NCBI GenBank assembly: GCA_039621445.1
Contig: CP154954.1
Location: 27,082,123-27,146,122, forward strand
Origin: Euglena gracilis
Lineage: Eukaryota
Length of the DNA stretch: 64,000 bases
Direction of reading: 5' to 3'
A program made the position numbers and the translations under genes. The notes under the pieces are model-generated. The model searched no databases, was not told the DNA's origin, and worked only from the letters and a program-made list of their open reading frames with translations. Shown in pieces: positions 38,495 to 48,708 of the stretch (positions are counted from its first letter, which is position 1; each line of letters opens with the position of its first letter).

Positions 38495-39281
38495 GTAAGG
38501 TTTCTTTTGAAGCTTGTGTGAAATTCCCTAATGTGTACATCGCCAGGTTGCGGACCAGGTCCCGCATGTTCGAAATGACCCCACAACCAAAGCCAATCGT
38601 CAAGCATTTATTTTTCAGTTCATCGGTGCCATGCTGGAGGGGCGGGAAACAATTTATGTGGACGAGTGCGGCTTCAATTTGTGGCTCCATCCCCGGTACG
38701 GGAGATCCCGACGGGGCAACCGCATTGGCTGTCCCATTGCCTCGACCCCGGGGAGAAATTTAACCCTCACTGCCGCAATGAGCCCCAACCACGGCTTGGT
38801 ATATTATGCTTTTGGAAGGGCCACTTAATATCCAAAAGTTCGCTTTCTTCATTCAAAACTTGGTCACCGTTTTGAAAATTGACAGGTATTTCATTAACTG
38901 CAATTTAATTCTGTTTTTTTGCCAAAAAAAATTGAGATTTATATCGCTCAAGAGATTTTGCATCCTTTTATGCTTTAAAATATTTTCATAATTTTCACAA
39001 TTTTGCATTTCAATTTAAAATTTTGAACCATTTATTTTTAATTTCACAAAAATTTTCGAATTAAAAATTCAATTTTTTTGAAAACGGATTTTTTGGCATT
39101 CAATTCTCAAAAAAAAACTTTTTTTGATGATTGGTATCAAAAATACCTCTCATCCCCCATAATTTAAGATTGCCTTGTTTGGTTGTCTTGGACAACCTTC
39201 GGGCACATACCCCATCTGTGCTTCAAACCCTTCTCCCCCCCTTTGGCCACCGCCATCTGTTTATCGCCCCTTATTCTCCAC

Positions 39282-40031
39282 GACAAGGGTTTGACAAAGC
39301 CGTTCTCAATTTGGGGGGATTGTGCAGGGTTGACGTTTTTTTTGTTTTTTTTTAAAAAAAACACAACAAAAAAACATGTTTTTTTTAAAAAAAACACAAA
39401 AAAAACATGTTTTTTTTGAAAAAGCAAAAATTGACCTTTTTCCTTGCGAAATGACCAGTTTTTTGAAGAAAATTTTTCGCGGGTAGTTCGGGTCACGAGG
39501 GGGGGGTCACGGGGGGTCACAGGGGGGGGGGTCACGAGGGGGGGTCACATTTTCGGTGGCCAGATTAGAAATCACCGAAAACGAATTTTTGGGGGAAAAT
39601 CCTTTTTAGGCTCCAAAATAGGAATCCCCCAAACGAAAATTAGGAAATCTACCGGAATATTTTGGCATCACCGGCCAAGTTTTTCAGAAAAAATGGCCGA
39701 AACGGGTCTTAGGTCGGGTTGGGGGAGGGGGGTCAAGGGGGGAACACCCCCTGTGAAGTTTTTTTTTTCAAATGTGTGAAAGTATTTCCAAATCTGTGTT
39801 TTCTGGTGCGAAAAATCATGCTTTCAACCCAAAAAAAATGAATGTTGTAGAGATAAAAAATGCACTTTTTCCCAAAAAAAACATTGCAAAAATTTTTTCC
39901 CCCAAACCCTCCATGAAGTTTTTTTGTTTTTTTTTAAAAAAAACCTATTTTTTAAAAAAAAACATGTTTTTTTTGTTTCAAAAAAGACAAGCCGTCAACC
40001 TTGGGCATGTGGCACGTCAAACCCTTTTCAA
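39282..40031 (+). other. Candidate euglenid nonconventional intron
   Basis: Non-GT-AG ends; +4..+14 AAGGGTTTGAC pairs perfectly with -16..-6 GTCAAACCCTT; excision restores PYSP-Q-LNATE. Confidence 0.75.
39325..40003. mobile_element. hAT-like MITE nested in that intron
   Basis: CAGGGTTGACG / CGTCAACCTTG; 8-bp TSD GGATTGTG / GGCATGTG; related ends at 41073 and about 51272. Confidence 0.8.
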
Positions 40032-42660
40032 AATTGAACGCCACTGAAGAAATGTTTTCTTTTGTGAAGCATGAGGTTCCGCAACGCCCCGATACCCTCT
40101 TTGTTTTTTTGGTTTCTAATTGTACTTTTTTTGTATGCCCTTCTTTTGTGAAAAATTTGGGGGGCCTTCACGGGTTGGTCAAGATTTGGGGGGGGGGGCT
40201 GCAAGGGTGGTGAGAATTGGGGGGGGGGAATTTCCCTTAAATTCCGTTTTTTTTTGTTTTGGGATTTACAATTTTTCTTCAATTTGATTTACTTTGGTTC
40301 AACTTTCTTTTTTTGTTTTTCCCCCTTCAACACCACACGAGGGCGTCAGAGAGAAGCTGTACTTGCATTCCCCTCAGCTCGCTGCCACTGACCACTTACC
40401 CTGGTGCCAAAAGGCCTACTCCCGCATGTTAATTCTCAAAAACATCCTGTTGGGGTGTTTGCAGCGCGTGACCGTCGCTCACGCCCGAGCGTGGCACAGC
40501 CACGCCATCACAGCCCACGCACAAAGCTTGCGGGGTCAAGACTTCTGAGTGTGAGCCCTGAATTGCTTTCGTCAACCCCCTCACTTCCATAGGGGACAGG
40601 GCACAGGGGGGGGAGGGGGGGGGGTCCGAGGGGGGTGGTTGGAAGCTGTACAGGGGGGGGGGGGGGGGGGGGGGCCCCAGAAAATCGCAACTGTACTGCC
40701 TACCCCCGAGACAGTTGCGACATTTTTCGTCCAATTGAGGTTGTCTTCGTTGTACATACCATTCCCCCCCCCCATAGTTAGTCACCCCCTTGGGAGGGGA
40801 ATTTGGCCAAGGTGACTAATAGGGGGGGGTGTAAGAACTGGCTAACTCAGGGGGGGGGGCAATTTATGCCCAATTTTTGCCCCCTACCCCAATTCTTGGG
40901 TGTTTCAAGGTTATCTTTTTGGGCATTCCGGGGCAATTTTCATGAATGACAACCATCAAAAAATTCCGATGGCCAAATTTGGTGGTTTTTTCAAAGAAAA
41001 ATATTTCCCTCCAAAAAATTGTTTTTGCCTGGGGTCCAAGGGTTACTAATAGGGGGGGTCACTAACTAGGGGCAGGGTTGACGTTTTTTTGTTTTGTTGT
41101 TTTTATAAAAAAAAGCATGTTCTTTTAAAAAAAAACCCAAAAATGTTTGTTTGTTTTTAAAAAAAGCAAAAGTTGACTTTTTTCCTTGCGGAATGACCAT
41201 TTTTTTTCAGGAAAAAGTTTTGAAGTAATCTTTTTGGTCATCAAAGTGACGTTTTTTAGTTTTTCCAAGGACATGATGGTTCATGTCCTTTCTGGACTAC
41301 GAAGCTGCAGAGATAAAAAAACTGGCCTTTTTCCTTTTTAAAAAAAATGTGCAAAAAAATGGTGCATTTCCACATCCAAAACAGAATTTTTTGGGCATTC
41401 CTTCAAAAATGGCCCAAAATGCATCCCAAAAAATGTGATGGTCAAGAAAATCCTGACAAAATTTCCTTTCAAAAAATGAAAACATGACCAATTTCGGACA
41501 AAAAATTTTTCATCTGTCTCGGGGGGGTTGGAAGTGGGGGGGGAGGGGGGGGGGCCCAGGAGGGGGGGGGTTGGAACTGTACAGGGGGGGGGGAGGGGGG
41601 GGTCCCAAGGTTTGACCAACTGTACTGCCTTGTCCCCATAGCATCAGAAAAACATACTTTTATACAAAAAAAGACACCTCAAACGGCAACCACTTTCGGG
41701 TGCTTGGCTCTGGCCAAATGAAACGAAGCCGTCGGGGGGGGGGGGCGACCCTTCTCCCTCTTTGTCACGAACCAAACTCTAGAGTGGGGCGGAGAGGCAG
41801 AAAGAGGCCCCCCGAGAAAATTTTTTTCTTCGGTTTTGTGCTCTTTGGGGGAAATGGGCAAAAAACATTCCTTTCACGTGGCAATTTTTTTTTGGTTTTG
41901 GGGTGGACTCCACCAGAGATGGGACAGTTTCCTCAGGGGGGTGGCCTGGCCCCCCTGCACAAAACCAACGTGTCTGAGGTCAACAAAAGCAACAAAAGCC
42001 GGTGCAAAAAATCTTCCTCAAATTTCTTCCAAAAAATCTTCCTCAAACGCCTTTGCCGTTTTCCCTCCCACAAAAACGGCAAGTAATCCCTTGCCTTGGC
42101 AAACATAAACAACCGAAAATTTTTTTGCATTCAATGCAGCTTGAAGGAAAACTTTCTGAAAAGGCATTTTCTTCATTAGATTGTTTTCATAAAATAAAAA
42201 CTGTGTGCACAACGAACAAACAGAGAAAGAAATCACGCAATGGTGAGGGACTTATTAAAAGACTTATTTGGAACGCTCCTTGAAACGGCCAGATGAGCAT
42301 TAGCATCACCACAGGAAGAAACAGTTTCAGACACGTAGACAGATGAACTACTTGTGGCACTACGTGAGCATACTGAAGAACAACAGCAAAAGAGGAAAAG
42401 AGAAATTGTTCAAACCTGCAAAGTTCGTTCACAAGTTGATGTTGCGATCTTAAAAAACAGTTCGGCGTGTTCAGTGAGACAACCTAAACGAAGAGAACTT
42501 GAAATTTTTTTGATTCAAAGTGAAAATGGGCATCATTTGAGATCGGCCAAACCTTGGCGACCTGGCGGCCAAACTCGAAATCCAACGGCCACTCCTAATT
42601 ACAAACGCTGTAGTAAATCTGACCGCTCTTTTGAGTGTCTATTATATATTTTTTTTCATG

Positions 42661-42686
42661 TCTTTCTGAGTGTCTATTTTTTTCCG
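42661..42686 (+). other. Genomic copy of the euglenid spliced-leader exon (with a degenerate upstream copy from 42627)
   Basis: TCTTTCTGAGTGTCTATTTTTTTCCG versus the Euglena SL ACTTTCTGAGTGTCTATTTTTTTTCG as recalled (24/26). It is followed by CATAAAACC-ATG, not by a GT donor. Confidence 0.85.
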
Positions 42687-43439
42687 CATAAAACCATGGC
42701 TGCAAAGGGCCCAGGTGGGCCCCAAGACTATGGCCCTGACGAAGACCCCAAGTCTCAAGTCAATATACCCATTGTCAGTCAAGCTGCTACTACAACCAAC
42801 CCTGCAAGTACACCTATTGCTGCTGTGGGTACTGGACAGTTGGAGCTGTTGGCCAAGACCTTGCTGCCGCTGTTGGTGCCCGTGCTAACCACTGCTGTGG
42901 CACAACGACTCACTGCTGACCGCCCTGAACATAGCGACAGAGAAAGTCAAGACAACAAGAGAAGGAAGAGGACATGGCAAGAGAGGGAAGAACATGAAGA
43001 GTTCCTACAGAGAAGGTTTGGAAGATTACAAGCCCCCATGGCAGAGAGGTCGACCCAGTTATCATATATCTCAACAGAGTTCTCCTCAACCCCAGCTCCG
43101 TCAGCAAGTGAGCCTGGGGCCCCCCTGTACAGCAAGCCCATCAGTGGGCATTCCTCGGACTCCGGTGAAGAATGATCCAGGAGGTAGGGACAGCGAAGGC
43201 GGAGCACAAGACAACAGTGAGGTCCTGCTCTTCTTTCCGGCTGTTGTTTGTGTTTTTGGTGTTGGTTGTGGTGTTTCTTACTGCAATGAGATGTCGGAGT
43301 AGGCGGACTCGGAGACGGTGTCGAACTTCTCGGTGGCTCGCGGCGGCGGGTTGCTGGCCTGTCTGTGGGTGAACTGAAATTTCTTGGGGGGGGGGCCCTC
43401 ACTGACTTTTTTGTTACTTTCCGGGTCGGGGGGGCGGGC

Positions 43440-44640
43440 TCACTGTTGTCTTGTGCTCCGCCTTCGCTGTCCCTTCCTCCTGGATCATTCTTCACCGGAG
43501 TCCGAGACAGCTCCGGCTCCGCACAAGACCCCAGTGAGGCTTTGTGCACCATTTTTTGGACAGCAACCCCCGCCTTTTTACCCGCTTCCAACCGCAAATA
43601 ATGGGAAGAAAAGGCCTGCACATTTTTCCATTTTCCAATCTGACACACCTCCTCAGAGGACAAACCTGCCAGTTTATACATGTATACTCCTGCCCCCCTG
43701 GTGGAGTGGGGGGCCCACTGGGGGGGTACCCCATGTTTCTCCAACAATCGTTTTGTCAAACTCCCAATGGTTTTGGCAGACAGAGGGGTAAAAGGGGGTT
43801 TCAGACTTACCACCCCCCCCCTTATTGTCCCACCGACCTCTCCCCGGGAGGCCCGACCGGACAATAAGGGGGGGGGGACAATAAGGGGGTACCAAAGGAA
43901 TTTCATTGGCTGGGCCAAAAAATCCCCTGTCGGCCGGGGCCCAGGGACAATAAGGGGGGGGGACAATAAGGGGGGGGGGGTAACAACAGAGGTCCCCCTG
44001 AAGGGGCACAGTGTGATGTCAAACTGACATATTTTTTCATGTTGAACCAGGGGCAAATATTGGGACATGAAGGAATCTGGGGAATTTCTTCCCACTGAGT
44101 CTGTCTCCAACCCTTTCTTTGGACCAGAACAAAAACCTTGCCATCAACCTGGGACACTGTCCTGAAGGTTCTACTCAAGTCCACTGAACGATGCAAACAG
44201 ACGAGTCTGAAACTTAAAATGACCTGGTCTCTCAGATCACTGAGGCACTCTGGGGGAGGTGCTGCTGCCAATTTCTGGAGTAATGACTCAGGATTCCAAA
44301 ATGAAGAATACCTGGGGGTGGATGTGTTCCATTTTCTTTTGTAGGGGGCCAACAGGGGTAAAAACCTTAACATGTGAAACCCAGGAAGCTGTACCACAGC
44401 ACTATAAGCACTATAAGCATTCCTGGCTTGAGCCACACTGAAGGTGAAAATTTTAATGATGCCAGAAGCGACTAATTCTGGGCTCATGGTGCCGAGATCC
44501 ATCTGGGACAAAGCCAAAACTCCCCACACGAGTCTGAAGGCAGAATCATATCTTGCCAAGGACAGATTTTGACTTAAGAAATTGTCAACCACTGAGGGGG
44601 GGATGTGTTGCTTCTGCCTGACAATAAAATGCACGCTAGG
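43440..44640 (-). pseudogene. Tyrosine recombinase of DIRS copy D
   Basis: LHRSVDL (R), QRKG (K), HSTRGAG (HxxR), GKWK (W), SHYLR (Y); interrupted by the TA MITE at 43810-43980. Confidence 0.9.
43810..43980. mobile_element. Tc1/mariner-type MITE (TA TSD) in the YR gene
   Basis: CCCCCTTATTGTCC / GGACAATAAGGGGG; removal restores GPLLLSLKPP; related sequence at about 51970-52115. Confidence 0.85.
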
Positions 44641-45074
44641 TGCCATAGCTGGCACTTCGTTTAAAACGAAGTCAAAAAAAAAACACGTTTTTTTTAAAAA
44701 AAACATGTTTTTTTTTAAAAAAAAAACGCCATTGAGGGTCCAGGGCAAAAAAAATTTTGCCTTTGATTTTAGCTTTTTTTGCCCATCCTCGGTCAGAGAA
44801 AGACACCAAATTTGGGATGTTTCAAGTTAGTTTGGAATGGTTTCAAGCCAAAATGGCAGAAAAATGCCCTATTTTGACCATTCTTGTTGAAGACAACCAA
44901 AAGTATTGGTTTTGAGCTAAGATTGGTTCACCCTTGCGATCAAAGGCAAAATTTGGACCATCATTTTCCCCTTTGTTTTTTTTGCCATTTTTTTTGCCCG
45001 TTTTTTTTTAATAAAAAACAAAAAACGTTTTTTTTAAAAAAAAACAAAAAAAAACGCCAGCTATGCTACCGTAG

Positions 45075-46815
45075 GTGCCATCTTGGCTTTTTCATGGGCT
45101 GCCCGTGACAATTCTCGAACATGTGGTGGCAGGGCTGGTGTGTGTGGAATGTGAAGTTTTATTAACAGGGGCCACCACACAGCTGAAACCCACAGGGGGC
45201 AAATCAGAAGGCATTTTAGGTGTCTGTGTTCCTTTAATCTCAGGAGCCACTGGCTCAAGACAGACCAGGGGGGGTTTGCATAAACCTCTGAGAACATGTC
45301 CAGAGGGCAGTTCAAACTGTCTGTGGCTACTGCCTGAAAATGGGGCCATCGACTCACAAACTGAGAAAGTTTGTGATTCCCTGGTGATGCAAACATGTCC
45401 ACAGTTGGGTTGATGAATTGCTGGAAAATGTGCATGACTTTTTTGAAAATGAAAGGGTTTAAACTGTAATCCCCTGGGTCGAAGTGCCATCTGCTGATGG
45501 CATCGCTTTTCATGCTTTGGGAGGGGCCCAGTGAACTTGGAGGGTGATGTCCATTTCCATACACCACTTGAGAAAGGGTCTGATGAGTTTGTTCAGGTGG
45601 GGTAGCCTGCCCCCCCCCCCCTTGAGAAGATAGTAGTAGGAAACTTTGTTGTCCACTGTTAGGGACACTGTGTCCTTTTTCTTGGCCAAAGACCTTACAG
45701 TTGAGAGTTGAGATGGCTGCGATCAATTCTTTTACATTGATATGTAAATGAGAGTCTTTTCGCCAAAATTCCTGTAATTGGGTGCCAGCTTGTAGGTCCA
45801 GGCCTCCCCAACCAAAGGTTGAGCTGTCTGACTCCAGGTGTCTGGTGGCTGGGCTTGGGAAGGGTCTCCCCCCCCCCAGGTCTACAGAATTTCCCTGACA
45901 TCTTGCAGTTGAGATTTGACCTCCTCTGGGATTGGAACCTGATGATCCCAGCCAAATTTTTCTTGTAGGTTGACAAAACCTACCAAAGTGTCTGTGAATG
46001 CCCTGAGGAAGGGCAGCCCCACCAAGAAGCTTCTTATGCATCCCAAAATTGAGGCCATTTTCCTGCAACTGAGGGACTGGTGTGTGACTAATTTCCCCAG
46101 TTCCCTCCGAACCATTTTCAGTTTTTCTGTCCCCAATTGTAATTTTCCCTGTGCCAGATTGAGGTGGAATCCCAAATGGGGGAGATTTTGGGTGGGTTGA
46201 AGGATTGATTTCTTGCTGTTGATTTTGAAACCCCCCTGCAGTAAATCTGCTAGCATGATGGCCAGGTGGTTGCTGACTTGCTTCTGACTGTCTCCTATCA
46301 GGAGGATGTCGTCCAGGTACACAAAACATAAAAGGCCTTTGGCTCTCCGACGTTTTTCCAGGCATTTCATTAGACTCATGAATTTTTCTGGCAGCACATT
46401 TAAACCAAAACAAGCTGCCTGGAATTCCCAGCATGTGTCTTCCAGAGTCATCCTCATGTAGGGTCTTAGGGCTGGGTTCAACATTAAATGAAAGTAGGCG
46501 TCCTTTAAGTCTACTTTTGCACCCCATTGTCCTTTTTTCAGGTGCCTGAAGATGACCTGGATGTTGTCCAGTTTGAATGGGTGTGTGGAAAAATGCTGGT
46601 TCAGTTGGCGACAGTCGCTGATTAAACGATGTTTTTCCCCTTGAGGCTCTTTTTTGGAGATTACAAACCAAGGGACGGTGTGTTGGGTACCTTCCCAGGG
46701 GACTGGTTTTATGGCTCCTGCCTGAAAATAGTCCTGTAAAATGCTTTTTGCCCTTTGTATTTCCACCTTTGACTTTGGTATGGAATATGTGCTGAGGGAG
46801 GGGGGTGACTCCCAA
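45075..46815 (-). pseudogene. RT, RNase H and methyltransferase of DIRS copy D
   Basis: HRLISDCRQLN, VDLKDAYF, YLDDIL, ESDSSTFGWGG, HINVKEL, SDAISR, VDMFASPGN, YANPPW. Confidence 0.92.
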
Positions 46816-48579
46816 GGGGGGTTACCCCCTGTGTGATGAGTTGCAACACCCTGGGGGGGGGCAACCTTTTGCCACCATGGCAGCTGGTCCTGAAGCCTCT
46901 GAAACAGAGGCACTCCCAGAAAGTGCTCCTCTGTCAGCAGCAGCACCTCGGTGATCTGTTCCACAGATCTCAAGCATGCAGCTTCCCACAGCCTGCAGAT
47001 GTCTTGGCTTCTGCCCTTCAGGGCTGGTTGACTTTGTGGCACAATGCCCAGCTCTGGAGGACACAATGTCCTTTTGGGACTTGATGAGTTCTGATCTGAA
47101 AAGGAAGGAGCAATACTTCCTGGCAAGATGTTGGGCAAACCATTTTCCTCCTTTGGACTTGCCTTTCCCTTTGGGGCCAGACCGCCATGGTCTCGGTTGC
47201 CAATTTGTTGGCCATTGCTTGAACTTCCACCCTTTTCCACCCGTGGGGGTGGGGAAATGCCACATGGGGAACTCACCCTTGAAGGGGGATTTGATACCCT
47301 CTTTGTTGATGCCAGCTTGGGCTTTGGCCATTTTGATGTCTTCAGGGGTGAACAGGCCATTTCCTGGTTGTATGGTCTGAGGGATGCTTCTCCTCTTCCT
47401 CTCCTTGACAATGTCACCTTCACGGCAGCCACGTATGCGAATCGTTGTTGGCTCAAACCCAATACGTCTTCAGGGGCTCCTTGTAAGGTGCAGTGCAGCG
47501 CTGCCAAGATACGCAGTATGTTCAAGAAATTCTGCTGGACAGCACGCAGGGTGCGGTCATACCCACTCTTACCGTCTTGACGGTGGTTGTTTTCCTCCGC
47601 TTTGGGCTTCAGGGTCTTCCAGGTGGGTATCTGTTCCAGCAAACTTCGTACGTCCAATCGTTAGTCCCCAGACTGTACCTGTGTCCATAGCCTCTCCAGG
47701 TCCCCTGGCAGTGCCTCCTCGGCCGTCTGCCAGGGGAAGTCCTGGGCTTCCTCCGCCGCGCGCGCTCCCTCCTCGTCGCGATCCATCTCCGCCGTCGTCG
47801 TCGTCGCCGTCGTCCACTTCTCGTACAGCTTGAAGGCCACGTCCGACGCCTTGTCGCTTAGCTCCAGTGACGGTATCGAGACGTTCTTCGTGAGTGCCAA
47901 GCTGTAGAGGTAAGCCGCCAGATATGGTTGTAGGGTAGACTCCACCATAGCCACTCCGGTGAGCTTCCGTACAGCAAGGGCACATCGGGTTGTATCCCAC
48001 CCTGCTCCAGTCCACTTCTGACTGGACACAATCGTGGCCATCACGGCGGTAGCGTCGGCATCTCGCAAGAAGGCTGTTGTCATTGATTCTTGTAAGAAAA
48101 TGTTGCTCCACGCCGCTTCAAAGGCCTCTTTGTCGGTCTCGTCTTGCAGGGTAATTTGCATGATCAGCTTGAATACTTTGGTTGCAGCTCCGTGCCAAAA
48201 GGACGTTATGATCCGCCTACTCCGGCAAAGAAAAGCAGTAAGAAACACCACAACCAACACCAAAAACACAAACAACAGCCGGAAAGAAGAGCAGGACCTC
48301 ACTGGGGTCTTGTGCGGAGCCGGAGCTGTCACAAACAGGCCCACCAGTGGGCATCCCAGTGAACAGTCCATTCCAAGGCCCACCAGTGGGCAGAAGCCAA
48401 GTATGCCCATCTGCCACATCAATCTTACAAATGTACATTCCATCACAGACCAACCTTTCGGGTGAACCCCAGCAATCCCAGCAACCTCTACAATCAAACT
48501 AACTGGAGCAGAGAAGAAGAACAGAGGAAGAATTGGAACAGAGAAGAAGAGCAACTCTTCAGAAGCCTCTACTACAAAA

Positions 48580-48708
48580 AAGGGGTGGCGGACGCCGGTT
48601 CTGTCCAAAGCCCGGCGTTCCGGACGCCGGTTCCGTCCTTCCGTCCGAAGGACGGAACCGGCGTCCGGAACGCCCGGCTTTGGACAGAACCGGCGTCCGC
48701 CACCCCTT
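48580..48708. repeat. Near-perfect palindrome of about 130 bp (foldback MITE)
   Basis: AAGGGGTGGCGGACGCCGGTTCTGTCCAAAGCC... mirrored about CCGTCC; GACGCCGGTTC motif shared with 25330-26200 and 61911-62732. Confidence 0.9.

Larger units (their letters stand above)
37893..40548 (+). pseudogene. Intron-containing IS630/Tc1-like DD34E transposase
   Basis: HTH (IGRALGMSDRTIRR; TLFELQ...LSLRTISR), IYVDECGF, VLDNLRAH, PYSPQLNATEE with 34 aa between D and E. GT-AG introns at 38107-38151, 38500-38546 and 38886-39168. One stop and frameshifts are present. Confidence 0.9.
43155..48330 (-). mobile_element. Full-length DIRS1-type retrotransposon, copy D (second subfamily)
   Basis: ITRs about 43218-43307 / 48211-48303. 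ICR 43439-43538 is complementary to both termini. Gag-position ORF, RT (DLKDAYF, YLDD), RNaseH, MT (DMFAS, YANPPW) and YR are present. Confidence 0.95.
42696..48465 (+). pseudogene. SL-led ORF (probable retrocopy) interrupted by DIRS copy D
   Basis: MAAKGPGG...KPISGHS (to 43154) continues in frame as TNRPTSGHPS...RPTSGQ (from 48331). Confidence 0.7.

Noticed and set aside
40541-40552. ACTTCTGAGTGT partial SL match
   Set aside because: Short, overlaps the transposase stop codon and lacks the T-rich 3' half.
42661-42760. SL RNA gene
   Set aside because: No GT splice donor after the exon; coding sequence follows instead.
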